Shown here in pieces: positions 1 through 4,027 of a DNA stretch of 4,027 nt. Positions within the stretch are counted from its first letter, which is position 1, and each line of letters starts with the position of its first letter. The DNA comes from a virus (Duplodnaviria > Heunggongvirae > Uroviricota > Caudoviricetes). The notes below the pieces were generated by a model, which was not told where the DNA came from, made no database searches, and saw only the letters and a list, made by a program, of their open reading frames with translations. The position numbers and the translations under genes were made by a program. Where the stretch lies: IMG/VR virus record IMGVR_UViG_2648501669_000012; one strand, given 5' to 3'.

Positions 1-815
1 GCCGCCTGCAATGCCCCGGCCTCATCGCCGGAACGCTGCAACTGAGCAACATACGCAATCTGCTCCGCCGTCACGTTATGGAACTGGCGTGCCATCGCTG
101 TCAGCCCTGACGTCGGGTCTGTGGTCAGCTTCCCGAAGGCTTCAGCGACCTTGTCCACCTCCACGCCGGATGCAGAGGAGAAACGCGCCACACTCTGGCT
201 GATGGACGCAATCTGAGCCTCACCGCTTACCCCCGCCTTAACCAGTGCGCTGAGTGACTCGCTGGTCTGGTCAAACGTCAGCCCTGCCGCCTGCCCGGCT
301 CTGGACAGGACCAGCATGCGATCTGCCGTCAGTCCCGCCTGATTGCCGGAAAGGACCAGCGTTTTGTTGAAATCGGACAGGGTTGAGTTGCCCTGATACC
401 AGGCATACGCCAGCGCACCGGTCGCCACCGCCAGCGAGGTGGCCCCCACCATCGGCAGGGTGATCGCACCGGCAAGCCCCCTGAACATGGGGATCATCCC
501 GCCGAAGGAGTCCTTCACCTGCCCCCCCTGTTGCAGCAGGATCAGCCACGGACTTTGCCCGCCTGCAAGCTGCGTGGCCACGTCGGTGAACTGTGCAGGC
601 AGCATACGCATGGCGGCTTTATACTGCCCGACGGAAATCCCCGCTTTCTGTGCAGCCAGCGCCTGTCGGCTCAGCGACTGTTCAACGACTGCCGCTGTTT
701 TTTTCGCATCACTTTCCGTACCGGAAAAATGACGCCTGACTCTGGCCATCTGCTCGTCAAATCTGGCCGCATCCAGACTCAAATCAACGACCAGATCGCC
801 TACCGGTTCAGCCAT
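1..815 (-). CDS. H: Tail tape measure protein, 5' portion only (first ~271 codons; gene continues beyond the left edge of the window)
   Basis: Minus-strand ATG at 815-813, preceded by AGGAGG (plus 824-829, 8-nt spacer). The frame stays open to position 1. Translation begins MAEPVGDLVVDLSLDAARFDEQMARVRRHF and reads ...IAYVAQLQRSGDEAGALQA at the window edge (both ends hand-translated), which I recognise as the N-terminus of lambda gpH. Absent from the supplied ORF track because no stop codon falls inside the window. Confidence 0.9.
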   Translation of the reverse strand, partial: MAEPVGDLVVDLSLDAARFDEQMARVRRHFSGTESDAKKTAAVVEQSLSRQALAAQKAGISVGQYKAAMRMLPAQFTDVATQLAGGQSPWLILLQQGGQVKDSFGGMIPMFRGLAGAITLPMVGATSLAVATGALAYAWYQGNSTLSDFNKTLVLSGNQAGLTADRMLVLSRAGQAAGLTFDQTSESLSALVKAGVSGEAQIASISQSVARFSSASGVEVDKVAEAFGKLTTDPTSGLTAMARQFHNVTAEQIAYVAQLQRSGDEAGALQA

Positions 816-1242
816 ACCGGACTCCTCCTGCGATCCCTTCTGATACTGTCATCAGCATTACGTCATCCTCCGTCATGTCCGCCACATCCGGGGAAGCGGG
901 GATAACTTCATTCCCGTCCGGGCCAAAGCGGACACCTCCGGCAAGCCCTGCCGCTTTCTGCATCAGCACATCATCTTCAGGCTCTTCGTCAGCCTCGCGC
1001 CGGTTCAGCAGACTGAAATCCAGCGGATGCATATCCGGATCGCTGAAAAACAGGCTGAGCACGGTGTACGTCAGCCCGGAAAAGTGCATATCCAGCAGAA
1101 CATCATGAAAATAATGGGTACTGTAAAAGCGGTGCCAGTCGGCATACTCCGTGGATGACATCCCGGCAAGCATGGCACGCCAGTCGGGTCGCCCCATCTC
1201 ACGCGCCAGTTTCAGGGCAAAACTCAGCTCACCGTCGAACAC
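808..1242 (-). CDS. T: T reading frame of the tail assembly chaperone; expressed only as the C-terminal part of the G-T fusion after a -1 frameshift, not independently initiated
   Basis: 144-codon minus-strand ORF (MFDGELSFALKLAREMGRPDWRAMLAGMSSTEYADWHRFY...GVRYG) recognisable as lambda gpT. Its first codon (plus 1240-1242) is GTG, not ATG, and lies directly after the G GGA AAG slippery heptamer in the -1 frame relative to G. Stop TGA at 808-810 overlaps the H start at 813-815. Confidence 0.85.
   Translation of the reverse strand: MFDGELSFALKLAREMGRPDWRAMLAGMSSTEYADWHRFYSTHYFHDVLLDMHFSGLTYTVLSLFFSDPDMHPLDFSLLNRREADEEPEDDVLMQKAAGLAGGVRFGPDGNEVIPASPDVADMTEDDVMLMTVSEGIAGGVRYG
824..829 (-). promoter_or_regulatory. 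Shine-Dalgarno sequence for H (AGGAGG), embedded in the 3' end of the T frame
   Basis: Plus 824-829 CCTCCT = minus AGGAGG, 8 nt upstream of the H ATG at 815-813. Confidence 0.7.
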
Positions 1243-1646
1243 TTTCCCGCAGAAACAGGCTCTGCAGGCCCGGCGTCCTCTGCCTGTTCAGGTGCATCAT
1301 TCACCACAAACTCATACATACCGGACAACCGGTACACCACGTTTTCAGCATGAGAAATTGCCTCTGTGGGCCAGGTGGTAAGCACTTCCTGCTCAATCTG
1401 TTTAACGGCTTCATTCATGGACGGCTGCGTTGTCTTCTGTGGATGGTTATGCCACAGGGACATCGCCACCACAAAAGCACCGGTTCTGATGGCGTCTTCC
1501 ACAGTAAACTTCCGGTTGCTGTCTGACTCCGCCTGTTCTGCCTGCCGTTTCATCAGGGCGAGATGCTCAATACGCTGCAGGGCTGACAGTTCAGAAAGCG
1601 TGACGGTCACGCCGTTATGTTCAAATGATTCGGTTTTCAGGAACAT
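1224..1646 (-). CDS. G: Tail assembly chaperone G (tape measure chaperone)
   Basis: 140-aa minus-strand ORF, ATG at 1646-1644 with GGAGA (plus 1654-1658) 7 nt upstream, stop TGA at 1224-1226. Protein MFLKTESFEHNGVTVTLSELSALQRIEHLALMKRQAEQ...PVSAGKCSTVS is recognisable as lambda gpG. Its 3' end overlaps the start of the T frame. Confidence 0.93.
   Translation of the reverse strand: MFLKTESFEHNGVTVTLSELSALQRIEHLALMKRQAEQAESDSNRKFTVEDAIRTGAFVVAMSLWHNHPQKTTQPSMNEAVKQIEQEVLTTWPTEAISHAENVVYRLSGMYEFVVNDAPEQAEDAGPAEPVSAGKCSTVS
1242..1248 (-). promoter_or_regulatory. Programmed -1 ribosomal frameshift slippery heptamer G GGA AAG (G to G-T fusion)
   Basis: Plus strand 1242-1248 reads CTTTCCC, so the minus strand reads GGGAAAG in the G frame as G GGA AAG (Gly-Lys near the G C-terminus, ...SAGKCSTVS*). 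The T frame is exactly -1 relative to G from this point. This is the well-known lambda G/T frameshift arrangement. Confidence 0.85.
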
Positions 1647-1653
1647 CGCTGAT

Positions 1654-1658
1654 TCTCC
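1654..1658 (-). promoter_or_regulatory. Shine-Dalgarno sequence for G (GGAGA) in the 15-nt V-G intergenic gap
   Basis: Plus 1654-1658 TCTCC = minus GGAGA, 7 nt upstream of the G ATG at 1646-1644. Confidence 0.65.
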
Positions 1659-1661
1659 GGA

Positions 1662-2402
1662 TTAACTGGCGGTGACGTTGATTTCTGCAACCGCAGCAAA
1701 CTCACCATTACCGGATACGACCGGAATGTTGACCTTGCCTGCAGCAACACCTTTCACGGTGATGGTCATACCACTGACCGACACGGTGGCTTTTGTTTTA
1801 TCCGCAGACACTGCACGGAAGCTCTTGTCGGTTGCGCCTTCCGGCTGGAATGCCACGGTCAGCGTGGTGCTCTTCCCTTTCACCACCGAGGTGCTGGCAG
1901 GCGTCACGGTCATGCCGGTTGCCGCTGTTACCGTGCTGCGATCTTCTGCCATCGACGGACGTCCCACGTTGGTGACTTTCACCGTGCGGGTGATCACTTC
2001 CTTCGCCGTCACCGCCTTACCGATACTGCTGACCCAGCCGCGGAACACATCGACCGTGCCGTTCGGGAAGCGGATTTTATAGGCACGGGTATCCCCTTCA
2101 TTAAACCACGCCAGCAGCGCCTGCTGCCCCTGCTCTCCGGGCATCCACGCCAGCGTGAAGCTGGTATCTCCGGCGGATTTCTGCCCCTGTCCGGTCGCGG
2201 CCCAGTCCGGATCTTCATCATCGAGATAACTGTCGTCATAGGACTCTGCGGTCAGTTCGCCGGGCGTCAGGTCTTTAACTTTTGCCAGACGCGACCAGTC
2301 AACGTCTGAAAGCGGGTTCGCATAAGGGTCACCGTTCCCCTTATAAACCCACAGAGTGGTTCCGGCCCCTTTCACCGGTGCCAGAGGATTTGGTGTTGGC
2401 AT
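1662..2402 (-). CDS. V: Major tail tube protein V with C-terminal Ig-like domain
   Basis: Minus-strand ORF; I call the start at the ATG at 2402-2400 (protein [22 protein letters not shown]..., 246 aa), not the upstream in-frame ATG at 2432 used by the ORF track, because GAGGA (plus 2407-2411) sits 4 nt upstream of 2402 and the upstream ATG lies inside U. Stop TAA at 1662-1664. Recognisable as lambda gpV; C-terminal ~90 residues are Thr/Val/Ser-rich, typical of an Ig-like domain. Confidence 0.92.
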   Translation of the reverse strand: MPTPNPLAPVKGAGTTLWVYKGNGDPYANPLSDVDWSRLAKVKDLTPGELTAESYDDSYLDDEDPDWAATGQGQKSAGDTSFTLAWMPGEQGQQALLAWFNEGDTRAYKIRFPNGTVDVFRGWVSSIGKAVTAKEVITRTVKVTNVGRPSMAEDRSTVTAATGMTVTPASTSVVKGKSTTLTVAFQPEGATDKSFRAVSADKTKATVSVSGMTITVKGVAAGKVNIPVVSGNGEFAAVAEINVTAS

Positions 2403-2409
2403 ATCGTCC

Positions 2410-2805
2410 TCACATTTCATAGGTAATGACATAAGTCAGATCGGCTGAACTCCACAGGCCCGCATCATCGTCGCGCCGGTAGTCATAGCCACTGGCCACC
2501 ATACTGGTGATCAAATCTGACAGTGCCGGGATATCGTTCATCACCGGATAAATCCGGGACTCCATCCACGCATCCAGCTCTGAATCCGGCACCTGAGCAG
2601 GCAGGAAAACTTCGATATGCAGCGCCGCCTGCCAGGTATCGCTGTCCAGCTCTTCGCCCGTGTATTCAGCGCCGGTGAGATAAACGGCAATTGCCGGAAA
2701 ATCTTCCTCATCAAAAACAGCGGGGCGACCATCAAAAAGCGTCGCCCCGGTGTCATGCTTCTCCAGTGCATCCAGTACGGCTGCACGGAGTTCAGTATGT
2801 TTCAT
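2410..2805 (-). CDS. U: Tail tube terminator protein U
   Basis: 131-aa minus-strand ORF, ATG at 2805-2803, stop TGA at 2410-2412. Protein [48 protein letters not shown]...LTYVITYEM is recognisable as lambda gpU. Its start overlaps the Z stop as ATGA (plus 2802-2805, TCAT). Confidence 0.93.
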   Translation of the reverse strand: MKHTELRAAVLDALEKHDTGATLFDGRPAVFDEEDFPAIAVYLTGAEYTGEELDSDTWQAALHIEVFLPAQVPDSELDAWMESRIYPVMNDIPALSDLITSMVASGYDYRRDDDAGLWSSADLTYVITYEM

Positions 2806-3380
2806 CGCTTTATTACCATTCTCAGTTGATGCTGCAGCGCATAGCCCAGCTCTTTCGGGAGACGTTCACGCCGTATCCGTTCAATATTCTGTTTAAACGC
2901 CGTGGTCAGCGGCACCGCCATCGGGATTTTCACCACATCAATGGGGTAACGGTTTTTCCCGGCCACACGCTGCATGACATGCCACCGGCCATTTTTCAGT
3001 TGCTGAATAAACGCGCCGGGAATACGACGGTTTCCCACCACAAGCACACTGCCGCCACCTTTCAGGGCTGAACGCTGCCCCTTTTTACGACGCCTGCGTC
3101 GAGACAGGACAACCCGCGCGTTACCCAGCTTTATTACGGGCAAATCCCCCCGGCTAACCCTGATTCTGGCCTGCGGATTTTTGACCGTGGCCCTTTTCAG
3201 CCTGGCCCTTTCCTTTACCAGTTTCCGGCGTACCTTTGTCTCACGGGCAACCTGTGCCACCGACTGCGATATCGCGGATGAAGCAACGCGGTTAATGGCC
3301 ATTGCGGCGGCACCGGGCACCGCCGTTCTGCTGATACGGCTGAGGTTTTCAACGGCCTGCTCAAGACCTTTTATGGCCAT
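2802..3380 (-). CDS. Z: Tail completion protein Z
   Basis: 192-aa minus-strand ORF, ATG at 3380-3378 with a G-rich Shine-Dalgarno (AAGGGGGA, plus 3384-3391) about 3-4 nt upstream, stop TGA at 2802-2804. Protein MAIKGLEQAVENLSRISRTAVPGAAAMAINRVASSAISQSVAQVARE... with a basic RRRRRKK stretch is recognisable as lambda gpZ. Confidence 0.93.
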   Translation of the reverse strand: MAIKGLEQAVENLSRISRTAVPGAAAMAINRVASSAISQSVAQVARETKVRRKLVKERARLKRATVKNPQARIRVSRGDLPVIKLGNARVVLSRRRRRKKGQRSALKGGGSVLVVGNRRIPGAFIQQLKNGRWHVMQRVAGKNRYPIDVVKIPMAVPLTTAFKQNIERIRRERLPKELGYALQHQLRMVIKR

Positions 3381-3391
3381 ACATCCCCCTT

Positions 3392-3745
3392 TCAGCGGCG
3401 ACGGTTAACGGCAGGCGGTACGCCCCGCCCAAGCCAGAGATGACAGCTTCCGCCATCATCCGGCGAAATCCGGTCTATCCAGAAGTTTTCCTCACCGATG
3501 GTCAGCGTGTCGCCGCGCCGCAGCTGCCGCACATCATCAGTCCGGACAAACAGGGACGGGCTGGAGCCTTCAACGCGCACGCCCTGTCCGGCATAGCTGA
3601 TATTTTCAGGGTCATCAAAAACACCACGTATCACAGCACCTGACTGCTCACCGGATGTCATGGTGGCTGACGTTCCCATGTACCCGCGTATCGTTTCATC
3701 GGCGCGGGCAATGGCAGCATCGAACAGGTTATCGAAATCAGCCAC
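3392..3745 (-). CDS. FII: Head-tail joining protein FII (tail attachment site on the head)
   Basis: 117-aa minus-strand ORF with a GTG start at 3745-3743 (hand-checked: GTG GCT GAT TTC GAT AAC...), preceded by GGGAGG (plus 3750-3755, 4-nt spacer). Stop TGA at 3392-3394. Protein (M)ADFDNLFDAAIARADETIRGYMGTSATMTSGEQSGAVIRGVFDDPENISYAGQGVRVEG... is recognisable as lambda gpFII. Confidence 0.9.
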   Translation of the reverse strand: MADFDNLFDAAIARADETIRGYMGTSATMTSGEQSGAVIRGVFDDPENISYAGQGVRVEGSSPSLFVRTDDVRQLRRGDTLTIGEENFWIDRISPDDGGSCHLWLGRGVPPAVNRRR

Positions 3746-3749
3746 AGCG

Positions 3750-3755
3750 CCTCCC
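3750..3755 (-). promoter_or_regulatory. Shine-Dalgarno sequence for FII (GGGAGG) in the 11-nt FI-FII gap
   Basis: Plus 3750-3755 CCTCCC = minus GGGAGG, 4 nt upstream of the FII GTG start at 3745-3743. Confidence 0.65.
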
Positions 3756-3756
3756 G

Positions 3757-4027
3757 TTATTGCATTCTGGCCAGGCCGCGCTCTGTCATTTCGGCTGCCA
3801 CACCGGCAGAGACACGAAACGCCGTTCCCGGCAGCACAAATGCCACAGGTTTATCCCGCGTGGCGTGAAGTGCATCAGTATGCAGCGTCACCAGTGCCAC
3901 GACCGTGACCAGTTCAGCCGTATCCTGAATCACGGTATCCGTCTGTGCTGATACCCTGTCTCCTATACACACCTCCAAACCCACGAGACAGGCAGAAACA
4001 TCGGATGCCGTCCTCCGATTGAAAAAA
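3757..4027 (-). CDS. FI: DNA packaging / head assembly accessory protein FI, 3' portion only (about 90 C-terminal codons; gene continues beyond the right edge)
   Basis: Minus-strand frame is open from the window edge to stop TAA at 3757-3759. C-terminal sequence ...DTVIQDTAELVTVVALVTLHTDALHATRDKPVAFVLPGTAFRVSAGVAAEMTERGLARMQ matches my recollection of the lambda gpFI C-terminal domain. The ORF track's start at 3984 is an internal GTG; the real start lies outside the window (about 128 nt beyond if the gene has lambda FI length). The first ~20 codons in the window have unusual codon usage (see findings). Confidence 0.82.
   Translation of the reverse strand, partial: FFNRRTASDVSACLVGLEVCIGDRVSAQTDTVIQDTAELVTVVALVTLHTDALHATRDKPVAFVLPGTAFRVSAGVAAEMTERGLARMQ

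Noticed and set aside
271-549. Minus-strand 92-aa ORF (MADPAATGGAGEGLLRRDDPHVQ...)
   Set aside because: It lies entirely inside the H coding region in a different frame (H codons are in register with 815; this ORF is not). It is a Gly/Ala/Arg-rich out-of-frame artefact.
808-1242. T as an independently translated gene starting with Met at 1242
   Set aside because: The codon at 1242-1240 is GTG inside the slippery region with no ribosome binding site. The ORF track's M is an artefact of allowing alternative start codons; T is reached by -1 frameshifting from G.
2009-2239. Minus-strand 76-aa ORF ([28 protein letters not shown]...)
   Set aside because: Out-of-frame ORF nested within V; Arg/Pro-rich composition, no start signals.
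2403-2432. Upstream in-frame ATG at 2432 as the V start (ORF track gives V as 1662-2432, 256 aa)
   Set aside because: The extra 10 codons ([10 protein letters not shown]) overlap the 3' end of U and lack a Shine-Dalgarno, whereas the ATG at 2402 has GAGGA 4 nt upstream and gives the expected MPTPNP... N-terminus and a 246-aa protein.
2541-2786. Minus-strand 81-aa ORF ([20 protein letters not shown]...)
   Set aside because: Out-of-frame ORF nested within U; no ribosome binding site and no recognisable similarity.
3081-3101. CGA CGC AGG CGT CGT AAA AAG run in Z (RRRRRKK), containing an AAAAAG motif reminiscent of a slippery site
   Set aside because: The nucleotide before AAA AAG is T, so it is not a canonical X XXY YYZ heptamer, and there is no downstream ORF in the -1 frame that would give a meaningful fusion. 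Most simply it is the basic patch of gpZ.
11-3951. All fifteen plus-strand ORFs in the supplied track (11-202, 439-732, 531-905, 875-1108, 1151-1381, 1155-1526, 1366-1665, 1672-2082, 1793-1975, 2617-2829, 2691-3071, 3181-3408, 3440-3643, 3655-3951, 3660-3908)
   Set aside because: Each lies antisense to a well-supported minus-strand phage gene. Their translations are low-complexity and rich in Arg/Pro/Cys/Ser as expected for antisense reading of GC-rich coding DNA, none has a convincing ribosome binding site, and none resembles a protein I recognise.
1-4027. Searched for tRNA or ncRNA genes, CRISPR repeats, IS elements, att sites, promoters and rho-independent terminators
   Set aside because: No direct repeat arrays, no cloverleaf-like structures, no inverted repeats followed by T-runs in the short intergenic gaps (all 15 nt or less). 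This is consistent with an internal segment of a late operon transcribed from a distant upstream promoter.

Overview
The whole window is one tightly packed, minus-strand block of late structural genes from a lambda-type siphovirus: phage lambda itself or a very close lambdoid (pro)phage of Enterobacteriaceae. Reading in the direction of transcription (high to low coordinates) it holds the 3' part of FI (partial, runs off the right edge), FII, Z, U, V, G, T (reached by a programmed -1 frameshift from G) and the first ~271 codons of the tape measure gene H (partial, runs off the left edge). Gene order, lengths, overlaps and the 7-15 nt intergenic gaps match what I recall of lambda, and the protein sequences are recognisably lambda gpFII, gpZ, gpU, gpV, gpG, gpT and gpH. 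All plus-strand ORFs in the supplied track are antisense shadows of these genes. I see no RNA genes, CRISPR array, mobile element, promoter or terminator, and no inserted accessory (moron) gene. I do not find a credible previously undescribed system here; the findings below are known features of this module plus a few low-confidence sequence curiosities. Identity to lambda is judged from memory, not from an alignment.
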